Below, in pieces: positions 14,697 to 27,420 of a stretch of 64,000 nucleotides of DNA (its first letter is position 1; the number at the start of each line of letters is the position of its first letter). The notes beneath the pieces are model-generated. The model saw only the letters and a program-made list of their open reading frames with translations, did no database searches and was not told the DNA's origin. The stretch is from assembly GCF_009914755.1 (NCBI RefSeq), contig NC_060936.1; one strand, 5' to 3'. The translations under genes were made by a program, and so were the position numbers. The stretch is from the human T2T-CHM13v2.0 reference genome, Homo sapiens.

Positions 14697-15538
14697 AGAA
14701 TAGCCTTTTAAAGGCATAGTTGAAGCAATACTTGGGGATGCAATATTTTACAGTCTGGGGCACCACCTTTCAAGACGCAGTACACACGGTAAATTGAAGT
14801 ATTTTATATGGTGCCATATCTCCAAAAGAAAGAATACATGAGTCCAGGCATCAGGGGATAAGAAATGGAGCAACACCACTTCCTATCACTCCCAGGGACC
14901 AGCTTGAGAAATTTGTGCTTTTCTCTTCATAAATCTGGGCTCTGAAGGTTTAGAGGTTCTCATTCCTAAATAGAGATCACTTTTGCCAAAGGATACACAG
15001 AGAATCCTATTGAATTATAAACCATTACTGCTGACTACTCACTTCGGATTTCTTATGCCAAGGGACCAGCAGGCAAGAAGAGTCACCATTCTAGCAGAAG
15101 AAATATTTCCTGATCAACGAGAGGAGGTAGGGTTGCTGTTACACAATAGACGTAGAGAGGAATAAGTCTGGTGTCCGATCAATCCACAGGGTACCTTTTG
15201 GAACATTTTTGGCTAATTTTTACTGTAATTGGACAAGTGAAGCAACCTGGGCCTTATAAGGGCATGGTGATCAGGGCTCAGATTCCTCAGTGAATAAGAT
15301 CTGGATCCCAACACTAGGTAAGCCAGTAGGACCAGCAAAGATGCTAGCTGAATGTAAGAAAAATCTAGAACGGGTACTTGGAAAGGGATATGAATAGCAA
15401 TTGTGGCCCTAGGACCAGTTTCAGCAGTGGAGCTATCACTTCATTGTGCTAACCTTCTTCTTCCAAGTTTCCCCAGGAAGAAGTCCTCTGGAGTCCTGAT
15501 AGAGCTGGTCCCAAAATAAATAGGAAAAACTGAATTCA

Positions 15539-15853
<315 letters not shown>

Positions 15854-18139
15854 TCAAGCAGCAGGAGGAATTAACTGCCCAAATCTCTCTCCAGTGAAGA
15901 ACTCACCCGCTGCTGAGAATGCTGTTGGCAGATAGCTTTTAGTTGTCAGACTACTTAGCGATTGCCTCAGCAGCAGAGCACTGCCTCGCCCAAGGCCACC
16001 TTCCTTCCCAGGGTGGCCCACGTCCAGTGATGAAGGTAAATAAAAGCCTGGCATCTCAACACAACTCAGGGAAGCTCTGCAGGGTGCTTCTAGCTAGAAT
16101 CTCTGTGGGGTCAGCCCAGGCTGTCATTAGGCCAAATAGTTGGCACACATCACATGCCAACTTCTCCCTCAGCCCAATCCTGCTTTCCATTCCTCCCTTG
16201 CATAGGTATTGATCCCAAAGACACTCCTTAGTAAACACTGGCACACTAGACTCTAGTTCAGAGTTGGCTTCCCACACACCAACTTCAGTTTCCTCAACTA
16301 TGAAGTATTAATCAATCTCACAGGGAAACCATCAAATGGCATATTCTCCATATGAGCACTTTCAAAACCATAAAGACATACAATTATAATGCTACAATTA
16401 CTATTGTTATTATTTAAATAATTATGCTCCCAATTCTTTATTCCTTATATTTTTCTAGTATGATACAGTTTTTGATCCTGCTAAAACGTGAAACCTGTGT
16501 GGTTCTAGCTCTAGGGTGTGGTGTATTTGCTATGCTGAAATGGCAAAAAGGGTTTTGGGGACAAACATCAACCTTACTTTGCCTCCACAAAATAAAAAGC
16601 TATCTGGTACTAGCACTTTTTTAAAAAGTTATTGGCTTGTATCATGTTGCCTATGCATTGCTACAGAAGCCGGAAAAAAAATCCTTTATCTACCCTCACA
16701 TATTTTTTAAATAAACAAAACACAACATTAACCAAAATAAAACCACTGGCCTTAATCAGGTTGTTCTTTGCCATCAGTGCTAACTCAGTGAAGCAGGAGT
16801 GGTTACTACCTGTTCTCTCCCTGGGGGTGAGCAAACAGTCTTGCTTTGCTCTATTAATTAACTTATAGGCAGGAAATGGGTGTCAAATAGGCTAGCATCT
16901 CATCTCTGTAGTCCTGTAGTCATAAAATGTAGTCAATTGCTTTGCAAATAGCCAGCTGCTTCAATCTGTTGTGGATGATCTGGGTAGAAGATAAGGCAAA
17001 AGCAGTCTGGATGAGGTAGCTACTCTCAAAGTATCCAGTGGCTTGATCACCTATGAAAACAGCATTAGCCTACCAGTTTGATATTACTGTCATTTGCTTA
17101 ATGCCAGACCCTGAGTTCACAGACAATTTAAGCAGTTCACAATTGAGCTGTGAATGGAGATTCAAACACAATTTACCCATTTGCTGGGCCACTTGATATT
17201 GAAACTCTGCAGAAAACTCTATCATCGATACTTTCCCATCACCTGCATCACAGACGGTTCAAAGCCATCTGTGATGACAAATTTCAGTCATCACCTTCTC
17301 TCATCTGAGCATGCAAAGGCAGCAGCCCACAGCAGAGAAGGTCATCTGGTTGGAAGATGTCACTTAGGAAGTCTGCCAATGCCCATCACAGAGCCTGAAG
17401 CAAAGTAAAGGTGCACATGATAAATTTCCACTGCAGGGGAACAGTCCAACCTCCACCTCCCCTATCCAGACCCTTTCTGAAACCTCGAACACTTAGTAAA
17501 ATAGGATGGATAATTGCATCAAACACTGAAAGCAAGCTGAAATTTTTGGTTGATATTTTGTGAACTAGTCTTAAAAAATCAGAATCAGGTACAAGTCATT
17601 CTATGGTAAATAATGTTAATATTTCAGGTCAAAAGGTTTTAAACTGTTTTCAGTAGGAACATTAGATCTTTCTGATGTGCCCCAGACATTCCTCACATTT
17701 TTAAGAATATATATTTCAATTTTAAAACATACTGATAAGAAAACAACAAATGCATTCAAGTATGTTGTGTACCAAAGAATATCATCGACACATACAAATT
17801 AATGTGCTTGCCAGGTCAGTAAAATTCCCATGCCCACTCTGGGCAAATCCAAAGTTCTGTAAATGTGTCTTTACTTTAGAGGCTATACCCTGCCTAAATC
17901 TTTTAAAAATTCAATCCTGCCCATATCAGTTCATGTAGAATTACACAACGAAGTGCACAACTACACAAGTGCTCAACTCAGTGAATGTGACACAAGGTTT
18001 ATGGGCATCCTCCACTTCTAAGTAGGTGTCATTATTAATTACAAGGTTTCAGTGCTTGTTAGTCATGTGACCTAACAACTAAGACACATGATAAGATTTT
18101 ACTTTAAACTCTTTGAGCTTCATGGACCAGTAAAATTTT

Positions 18140-18605
18140 ACTGGATAATAAGATACCCCAACACTTAGTAACTAAAAAATTTATTTAGCACAATATTATG
18201 CATTGATCAGCAACTTGGACTGAGTTCAGCTGGGTGGCTCTTCTGTCTCTTCTGAGCTCACTCATGCATCTTTTGTCCACTGCTACATTACTACTGCTGA
18301 TTTTTGTCTGTCTCACATGTCTAGGGCTTCAGGTAGGACAGCTCATCTTTGTTCCATGTGATCTCTCATCTCATTCTCCTGCAGGAGACCTGGGCTTGTT
18401 TACGTTGTGGTGGCAGAGTTCAAAGAGTGAGAATAGGTGTGTGCAGACCCTTGTGATCCAGACTCAGAACTTCTCCACCATCACTTCCACTGCATTCTAC
18501 TGGACAAAGTAGGGTAGAAGTCCAGCACAAATTCAAAGCCTGGAGAAATAGAATCCCTCTCTTGATGATAGGAAAAGAATTTTTGGCCATTTATGCAATC
18601 ACTTA
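18140..18605 (-). mobile_element. Old MLT1 (H/I/J-like) MaLR LTR
   Basis: gttcagctgggtggctcttctg...catcacttccactgcattctactggacaaag...tggccatttatgcaatc. Confidence 0.7.
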
Positions 18606-18969
18606 CTTGATGCTCTTGTCTGTAAATATCAGAAAGCTCATGTGATTGTTGAATTAAATATAATAACATATAAAAAAATCACAGGATGCTTTGGAAATGC
18701 TCAATAAATATTGGTGACTTTTTCTTCTCTGTTCCCTTTCAGATTAAGTAGGTCAGGTCACAAAGCAAAGAGATAGCTTTGCTTGTGTAGCTTGTCAAAA
18801 TTATATTAGTAATTTAAGGTTTAAATGGAAGTTGCTTTTAGTTAACTTTATTAAATTATGTAATAAAGATATTAATCATAAATCCATATAAAATTAACTT
18901 AATTATATACACACCTATGTATGATACCAAGTCACATACACAGAGAAATCCTATACCAACCTATATCAC

Positions 18970-19394
18970 TGTGAAACTTATCTCTAAAGAGGCCCATGTG
19001 AACCAACTCCTCCCAGTATTCAATCCCTGGAATCTGGGCTGTCCCTAAGACTCACAACCAATTGAATACAATGAAAGTAGCACCAGTTTCCAGGCCCAGA
19101 AGTTAACAGAGTGGTACTTAAGGAAGTTCCACCTCCTTCGTCCTGGAGCACTAACTAGCCTGGCCCTCCACATAAGGAGGCCAACTATTCCCCAACAGCT
19201 CCAGTTGTTCTAGCTCTCAGTTATTGGAAGCATCACAGATGAAGCACCATACAGCAGGGAGCAGAGATGAATCATCCCTCCAGAGGCCTAGATTCCTGAT
19301 CCACAGAATCATAGATACCATTGGAATAATAAAATACTTTTAAACCTCTAAGTTTTGGGGGTAGTTTGGAATGCAGTAATAGATAATTAGAACA
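18970..19394 (+). mobile_element. MLT1G/H-like MaLR LTR
   Basis: ggaatctgggctgtccctaagactc...ttttaaacctctaagttttgggggtagtttggaatgcagtaatagataattagaaca. Confidence 0.72.
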
Positions 19395-20743
19395 GCCAGG
19401 AAATCTCTGGCCATAGCTGAATATTTTCACTGGGCTGAAAACCATTACCATAAAACTGCTGCTAGTGACACACAGTTCATTGATCCGTGAATCTAAGAGG
19501 AACTCAGAAATCAGGAAGGCTGGCATGATTGAAAGGAGCTGGGCGAGGGGAGGGTGGTGTCACTATGGTGTCAAGACCCAGTTGGACTCATAGCCTGTAA
19601 GGCGGGGTTTATGAGCAGAGCAGCTGTGAGGCTGGGATCTGCTCAGTCAGCTGGTTCCCAGAGCGCTTAGCTCAGTATCTTCTGCAGGGTCTCCTGAAGG
19701 TTCAACAGAAAACCAGGTTCATGAGCCATGAGGTGCTGAAGCAAAGCCAGGTGCTTGGGCCTGGGTGAATGCTCATCGCTGCACTCATCTGGATATACAG
19801 AACACGGTTAACACCATGACCTGCAAGTGCTGCCGGGGCCAGCATGTTGGAATGAGGCGATCACAAACAGGGCAAATGTAACTAATGCTTTAATGGCTCC
19901 CTGAAGCCTTGATTCTCACCCCACAGTCTGGTTATGCACTGTCAGAAAGTCCCAGCAGCAGAAGAATGTGCCAGCCCAATGTAACCTGCTGTAAGGAATG
20001 CAGCATACTTTGAAACAGAGACTAGAAAGGAAAAGAAAGTCTCAGAGCTGCTAACACTGATGCCAGATCTACTATCATGTAAGTGATGATGCTGAGAAGG
20101 AGTTATCTGGGCTCTTCATCCACATGTGTACATTCAGATACAAGCTCTAGACATTTATTGAACATCTGCCCTGTGTTCCATATTCTTCTGGGGTCTCTAG
20201 GAATATGGGATTAAGTTTCTGAAAAACAAGGTGCTAGCAATAAACCACTGTACCTCCTATTGGACGTGATCACCAGATTCAATAAATGAGTACTTTATTA
20301 CAGTGGACAGTAACTTTTTAAAGCACTTCCTATTTGTCTAGTAATGTGCAAGAAGTTTAAGATCTGATAATGAGGAGTCAAGAATGGGTTTAAATTGTGA
20401 CACCAGGAAACTGCATACATCATAAAGAAGACTAAGTGCTATGGGAAGACATAGAAGGAAGGGAGTAATTTTGACTAGGGGATCTGGATGGCTTCATAGA
20501 AGAACTGACCTGTGAACTAAGACTTAAGGACAGGTGACAAAGATTTCAGAAAGCAGAAGTGAAGGAAACACACATTCAAGGCCAGACAGAAAAAGGTGCA
20601 TTCCAGGCAAAGAAACAGAGCAAAGGAACAGAGGTCTAAAACAATTCAGAGTGTTTCTGGAGGGGAAACATGAAGTGACAAGAGATGAAACGAATGAAAG
20701 GAGGGAGGATAATGGAAGACAGAGCTGGAAGGGAAGTTGGAAC

Positions 20744-22152
20744 TGAGAGGTGACAGCGTGCTGGCAGTCCTCACAGCCCTCGCTCTCTCTCCGCGCCTCC
20801 TCGGCCTGGGCTCCCACTTTGGCGGCACTTGAGGAGCCCTTCAGCCCACCGCTGCACTGTGGGAGCCCCTTTCTGGGCTGGCCAAGGCCAGAGCCAGCTC
20901 CCTCAGCTTGCCAGGAGGTGTGGAGGGAGAGGCCCGAGCGGGAACCGAGGCTGTGCGCGGTGCCTGCAGGCCAGCTGGAGTTCCGGGTGGGCATGGGCTT
21001 GGTGGGCCCCGCACTGGGAGCAGCTGGCCAGCCCTGCCAGCCCTGGGCAGTGAGGGACTTAGCACCCGGGCCAGTGGGTACTGGGTCCCCCAGCAGTGCC
21101 AGCCCACCGGCGCTGAGCTCGATTTCTCACCAGGCCTTAGCTGCCTTCCCGCGGGGCAGGGCTCGGGACCAGCAGCCCGCCATGCCTGAGCCTCCCACCC
21201 CCTCCATGGGCTCCTGTGCGGCCCCAGCCTCCCCGACGAGTGCCACCCCCTGCTCCACGGCACCCAGTCCCATCGACCACCCAAGGGCTGAGGAGTGCAA
21301 GCGCACGGCGCAGGACTGGCAGGCAGCTCCACCTGCAGCCCTGGTGTGGGATCCACTGGGTGAAGCCAGCTGGGCTCCTGAGTCTAGTGGGGAGGTGGAG
21401 AACCTTTATGTCTAGCTCAGGGATTGTAAATACACCAATCAGCACTCTGTATCTAGCTCAAGGTTTGTAAACACACCAATCAGCACCCTGTGTGTAGCTC
21501 AGGGTTTGTGAGTGCACCAATCCACACTCTGTATCTAGCTACTGTGGTGGGGCCTTGGAGAACCTTTGTATGGACACTCTGTATCTAGTTAATCTAGTGA
21601 GGACGTGGAGAACCTTTGTGTCTAGCTCAGGGATTGTAAACGCACAAATCAGCGCCCTGTCAAAACAGACCACTGGGCTCTACCAATCAGCAGGATGTGG
21701 GTGGGGCCAGATAAGAGAATAAAAGCAGGCTGCCTGAACCAGCAGTGGCAACCCGCTGGGGTCCCCTTCCACACTGTGGAAGCTTTGTTCTTTCACTCTT
21801 TGCAATAAATCTTGCTGCTGCTCACTCTTTGGGTCCACACTGCTTTTATGAGCTGTAACACTCACCGCGAAAGTCTGCAGCTTCACTCCTGAAGCCAGCG
21901 AGACCACCAGGAGGAACGAACACCTCCAGATGCGCCGCCTTAAGAGCTGTAACACTCACCGAAGGTCTGCAGCTTCACTCCTGAGCCAGCGAGACTACGA
22001 ACCCACCAGAAGGAAGAAACTCCAAACATATCCGAACATCAGAAGGAACAAACTCCAGACGCGCCACCTTAAGAGCTGTGACACTCACTGCGAGGGTCCG
22101 CGGCTTCATTCTTGAAGTCAGCGAGACCAAGAAACCACCAATTCCGGACACA
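20744..22152 (+). mobile_element. LTR12C (ERV9) solo LTR with 4-bp TSD
   Basis: Starts tgagaggtgacagcgtgctggcagtcctc and ends ccaccaattccggacaca. TSD gaac at 20740-20743 and 22153-22156. Confidence 0.95.
21405..21745 (+). promoter_or_regulatory. LTR12C U3 tandem CCAAT (NF-Y) enhancer repeats and core promoter
   Basis: Repeated ~41-bp units tctagctca.gg.ttgtaaa..caccaatcagcac.ctgt, followed by ccaatcagcaggatgtgggtggggccagataagagaataaaagc. Confidence 0.8.
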
Positions 22153-22579
22153 GAACCACACCATGAAAAGCCTTGAATGTCGTGCTAAGCTGATTGACCG
22201 TATTATAACAAAGTGCTACATTGTGAGGTGCTGGGAAGGACAAAAAGACTAAAGATAATAGAAAAATGCATGCAAATGGACAAAAAAAAGTATTTTTGCC
22301 TCAAACTGCAGGCAGCTACCACCACCATGGAGAACTTCACGTGGCCTTAGCACAATCAGCAAACTCTTCCATGCACTTCCATGCAGTCACTGCTACACCC
22401 GGCTCCCCAAACACAGTATAATGTGCACATGAAGATTTGTGCAAAGCAGTAAATGAATTAATTTTTCCCTGCCTATCCAAGTTGAAAATTGTTTCTCTTG
22501 TTTGTATCATAACATATTGCTTGCTCCTGAAGCTATTCAGATGCTTTTGTGCTTTTCTCTGAGATTTGAAGGAATTTAT

Positions 22580-22675
22580 GGGCAGGGAGCAGACTGTGCC
22601 TGTCCACATATATCCTGACACCTAGCAGGGTGCCTTGCAAACAGCAGCTATTCATTTTTTGTTGAATGTATAAAT
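22580..22675 (+). mobile_element. L2 3' end
   Basis: cacctagcagggtgccttgcaaacagcag...ttttgttgaatg. Confidence 0.55.
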
Positions 22676-24010
22676 AATATGGAAGATAAAATGTCTAATT
22701 ATATCACAACAATGTGTTGATCTAAGTTGAAAATAAACCTATTTAAATTTGCCATCAAATCCGGTATTATTTGTGGTCTTTATTTTTTTGTTCAACACTT
22801 AACAAAGAGATACTTTCCAATATTCCCTTTCTCCCTATAATTGTGTGTGTGTCTGTGTATGTACACACATATGTCTTTACATTCCTTTGTCACCCACAAA
22901 ATGCACCTTTTTTTCTATTTCATGTCTTCCTTCTCAGAAACGTGGAGTCAAACTAAATGAATCTTATGTTTTTTATCTCCTAGTGTAATGTGATTCTTTA
23001 GACAAATATTCTCACCTCCTTCCTACACCTCTCCCATCCTCTTATGAATGCAAATGGCCTTTAACATCCTTCCCTAAATAACTCTCAGACTACCTTTCTC
23101 TTTTATCTTGTTTCCATGGATTCTTTTCAATTGGTGGCAAAATGTGTTGAAGTCTTTCTGAAAGGTCATTTTACTAATAGGATATTCTCCTTTTCTAAGT
23201 CTTCAACCTAGATTCTATCAGTTTGTGATCATATTGCCCATCTTCTCTACGGTTTTATGTACTCCCTCTCTGCATGCTTTGAACTAGGACAGTAACTGCC
23301 CTACTCATTTTCTTTTTTCCAGTAATTGTCCCCATATTACTGTTAACACAGATTTCTAACCAGACTAAAAACATACCCCTCACTAGGTATTACTGTCTAT
23401 GGACTATACTTTAAAAAGGAAAACACTGCCTACACAGAATGTCTTTGGACATTCTATAGCATTTAAAATAGTGATCTTGGCCTTTTTTTCCTCATATACT
23501 TCCTAAATTATTGTTTTAAACATTGTTAAATTTTACCTCTTTAGATCGATACCTGAAGTTTTTCATCATAATTTTAATTAGTTAATGTGATTGCCATCCC
23601 ATACATCATGAGTGCTGGCATTACAAAATAAAATAATGATATTACTCATTATATGTATCCAATGGTATATAAACACAATAATACTCAATATTCTGTTTAC
23701 ATAAATATGAACAAGCTCATTTTATACCCTTCTTGTTTTCCTGACTGTATTTCTCTCTCAGCATCTTACCTTAGTATAAACATTTTCAGGTTGGAAATTC
23801 TTTTGTTGATTGTCCTATTTCTCTACATCAAAATATGCACATACATTTAATTTTCTCTTTGGCCATAAGACCTTGTAAGTGTTAAAACTTATTTTGGATT
23901 AAATTATTATTACATTTATTATTAATACATTATAACATAAATATATTATAATTTTGATAAATAAACATTACATATAAAATATGCACCTCTTAATAAGACG
24001 GTTGTTGCTG

Positions 24011-24360
24011 TGTCTTAGTCCATTCAGCCTCTATAACAAAATACCAAATACCACAGATGGGGTAGCTCGTAAACCACAGAAATTTACTTATTAGAGTCCA
24101 AGATCAAGGTGCCAGCAGATGTTGTCTGGTGAGAGCTTGTTTCCTGGTTTGTAGATGGAACCTTCTCTCTGTGTCCTCATGTGGTAGAAGGGGAAAGACA
24201 GCTCTTGGGGCTTCTCTGATAGGGCACTAATCTGACTCATGAGGGCTCCACCCTCCAGACCTAATCAGCTCCCAAAGGACTCTCTTTCTAATACCTTGGA
24301 GGTTAGCTTTCAACTTAGAAATTTGGTGGAACATGGGGCAAAAACATTCAGGCCATCGCA
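24011..24360 (-). mobile_element. MLT1A-like MaLR LTR
   Basis: tgtcttagtccattcagc...agtccaagatcaaggtgccagcag...aacattcaggccatcgca. Confidence 0.85.
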
Positions 24361-24499
24361 GGCTGTTTTGCATGTTTTGGGGATTTTTGGTGCCAGGGAG
24401 ATGTTGATTCTTGTATCTGAGATCACTGTTACTTGATGCTACAGGAAGAAAACCTGAAGAATCAACTCTACTTTTAGTTTTTGTGTGTGCTGTTTACAT

Positions 24500-25028
24500 C
24501 AGGGGTCCCCAACCCCTGGGCCATGGACAGGTACCTTTCCATGGCCTGTTACGAACCAGGCCACACAGCAGGAAGTGAGTGGCAGGCAAGTGAGCAAAGC
24601 TTCATCTGTATTTACAGCCACTCCCCATCAGTTGCGTTACCACTCAAGTGCCACCTCCTGTCAGATCAGCAGCAGCATTACATTCTCATAGGAGCACAAA
24701 CCCTATTGTAAACTGCACATGTGAGGGATCTAGGCTGTGCACTCCTTATGAGAATCTAATGCCTGATGATCTGTCACTGTCTTCCTTCATCCCCAGATGG
24801 GACTGTCTAGTTGCAGGAAAACAAGCACAGGGTTCCCTCTAAGCATACATTATGGTGAGTTGCATAATTATTTCATTATGTATTACAATGTAACAATAGT
24901 AGAAATAAAGTGCACAATAAATATAGTGTACTTGGATCATCCCAAAATCATCCCCCACAACCCTGGCCGGTGGAAAACTTGTCTTCCACAAAACCAATCC
25001 CTGGTGCCAAAAAATCTGGGGACCATTG
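24500..25028 (+). mobile_element. MER1A hAT-Charlie DNA transposon with perfect 8-bp TSD
   Basis: TIR-like ends caggggtcccca / ggggaccattg. TSD gtttacat at 24492-24499 and 25029-25036. Confidence 0.92.
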
Positions 25029-26832
25029 GTTTACATGAGCTAGTAAAAGTGGAAGGTGGTGTTGTATCATAGCAATGACTCAATTCTTTGAACTCTTTTT
25101 ATGTTGTAAGCCAAAAATTACCTAATGGTCTATAAAACATATTTGTTAAAGTATCAGCTGACAACCTACTAGATCCCCATTCCATTTTGTTGAAAGTAAG
25201 TAATTGGAATCCACCATATTTGCAAAATGATTTGCCACTCTGTTCTTTAGAGTCATTCACCTTCTCTGTTTCTGGGAAGTACATAAAAAAAGGCTTTATC
25301 AAAACTTAACTAAGTATTATTGCTTATACTTGTTACTGTTTTTACTTAAAAGCACCTTATTTAACCAACGTATTTAGAGAGGGGAGGTATGTTTCTCAAT
25401 CTTTCCTGAGGGATACACTATCTCTAGCTTCCAAAGCTGTTTGCTATTTAAATATGTCCTTTGATCAGAAGGCTCAGCTTGTACAGGAACAAGAGCTGTT
25501 TAGGGAAAATGGACTCCCAACACATGGGCTTTGACTATATTTTCATCAAACTCTTGGAGCTGTGGATTAGCTCATTAAATTTATGGAAAATAACTGCCAT
25601 ATATTTTAACTGGCATTATCAAGATGTATTATCAAGTCAATTGGCCAAATAAGACTTCTTTATGTTAGAAAAAAAAGGGCTGCCTTCATTTTTTAAGTTC
25701 AAATAAACACATTTTCAGTAATTCCTATTCAAGAATGAATTCCATTCATGCCAACACTGATATGGGTCAAAACATCTTGTTTCTAATTCTATGCTTTCCC
25801 CTTATAAGAAATATGGCAGGAAAAATCAAAGGTCCATGTTGGCTTTTGGTGCCTTAAGAAAGGTGGAGTTGCTGGCACCAATATTGCAAATTGTGTGCTT
25901 GTTTGGTGCCTCAGCAATTTTTAAACTTGTGGCACAATACCACTCCGAATGAGAGGTATGCCTTATGTTTTTAAATTGAGAGAACTGCAATTGTAGAAGG
26001 GAAGAGAAAAAAGACAGCTAGTTTGATGTCACAATCACAGGCACATGCTCAAGCAATTTTAGGAAAATGGAGATGAAGCACTGGAAATACTTTTTAAAAA
26101 AAATAACTGTTGCACCCTTGTGTCCCTTGTAAAGTCCCTATGTACCCTCAGCATATCCCAGCTGACTTAGTGTAAACTGGCAGTGGATCCTGGGAAAGAA
26201 CAAAATCAGACTTGGTGAATGATCAAAGGAAGGTCATAGAGCCAGAATATCTATACTTTCCAGACAAATAACTTTGTGTCATTGCCCAGGACATAATTGT
26301 ACTTATATTTCAATAACTTTAAATATAATGCAGAGGCCACATCATTTTGTCCTTCTAGTTTGAAGAATACCATGCTAACTTTGTTACCCATCAGAGCATT
26401 CACAGTTTTGCATTAAAAACACTATAAATATAAAGGAAGAATTATAAAAAAATGCATAAATTTAGAACAAGAATAATAACAGCATGATAGGCAACTCAAA
26501 GGATGCTTGGTGATTAAAACACCTAAGGTCTTATAATTCTGCAATAAGAACAGTGGCCTGGATTCTTACTTATAATGATAATGGTGGTGAATTAGAAAGC
26601 ATTTGGTCCTGGAGGTACAATAAAGGCAATTTGAACACTAATAAAGGGAAGCTGTCAAGCAGATCCAGCTAATGATTTATAAAGATAAAGAAACTACTTT
26701 AGTGGAGTTTTTTTATTTTTTTCTGCTCACCACAAATTATTTCAATTCAAGGGTAACGTTTGATTTTGAGAAAGAAAAAAAGATCAATTTAGCTTTAATT
26801 TTTGCTCTTATTCCATATTCCAATTATACTTC

Positions 26833-27420
26833 CGCTTTAGTGTGTGAAGAATACAAGGCACCAAACATCACCGTAATAAAAGCAAGTCTAGGATTCTTTT
26901 TTTTTGTAGCTTTTTTTTAATTTTTAATTTTTGTAGGCACACAGTAGATGTATATATTTATGGTGTACCTGAGATGTTTTGATACAGGCATGCAATGTGT
27001 AATAATCACATCATGGAAGATGGGATATCCATTTATCTTTTGTGTTACAAACAATCTAATTATACTCTTGTAGTTATTTTTAAATGCACAATTTAGTTAT
27101 TATTGACTATAGTCTCCCTGTTGTGCTATCAAATACAAATGCCTATTCATTCATTCTATTTTCGAACCCATTAACCATCCCCACCTCCCCGTCTCCACCC
27201 TGTTGTGCTATCAAATACTAACGCTTATTCATTCATTCTCTTTTTTTGGACCCATTAACCGTTCCCACCTCCCCCCCTTCACCGTCCCCTCCACTATCCT
27301 TCCTAGCCTCTGGTAACCATCAAGTCCGGGATTCTTGAAGCCAGTTTTGTCACAAGTGCACATCAGCATGAGAGTTGCTAAGCAGTGTAAAATGATATTT
27401 ACTACATGAAAATACATTAG
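26833..27420 (-). pseudogene. TMTC1: TMTC1 pseudo-exon 2, split by an L1 insertion
   Basis: Acceptor ttctgtttttAG at 27432-27421. About 9-10 codons (NIFLTGMNPF region) are missing. Homology resumes beyond the L1 and ends GCG|gaagtat at 26833, i.e. no GT donor. Confidence 0.9.
26899..27320 (-). mobile_element. 5'-truncated L1 3' end (L1MA1-3-like) with 16-bp TSD
   Basis: Minus strand reads atggttaccagaggctaggaagg...tttgatagcacaacagggtg...gcatgcctgtatcaaaacatctc...aaaaattaaaaattaaaa plus A-tail. TSDs caagtctaggattctt (26883-26898) and caagtccgggattctt (27321-27336). Confidence 0.9.

Larger units (their letters stand above)
20130..22200 (-). mobile_element. L2 fragments (host of LTR12C)
   Basis: catttattgaacatctg, taagtgctatgggaag, gcattccaggcaaagaaacag; resumes after the LTR with catgaaaagccttgaatgtcgtgctaag. 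Confidence 0.6.

Noticed and set aside
20750-21415. 221-aa ORF and overlapping ORFs
   Set aside because: Entirely within the GC-rich U3 of LTR12C; typical spurious LTR12 ORFs.
21405-21700. Regularly spaced repeats resembling a CRISPR array
   Set aside because: These are LTR12C enhancer tandem repeats with no unique spacers, in primate DNA.
22337-22621. TVFG motif resembling TMTC1 exon 4
   Set aside because: Only four residues match, with no surrounding similarity.
25080-25430. Possible ERV internal fragment
   Set aside because: Could not assign a family with confidence by eye.
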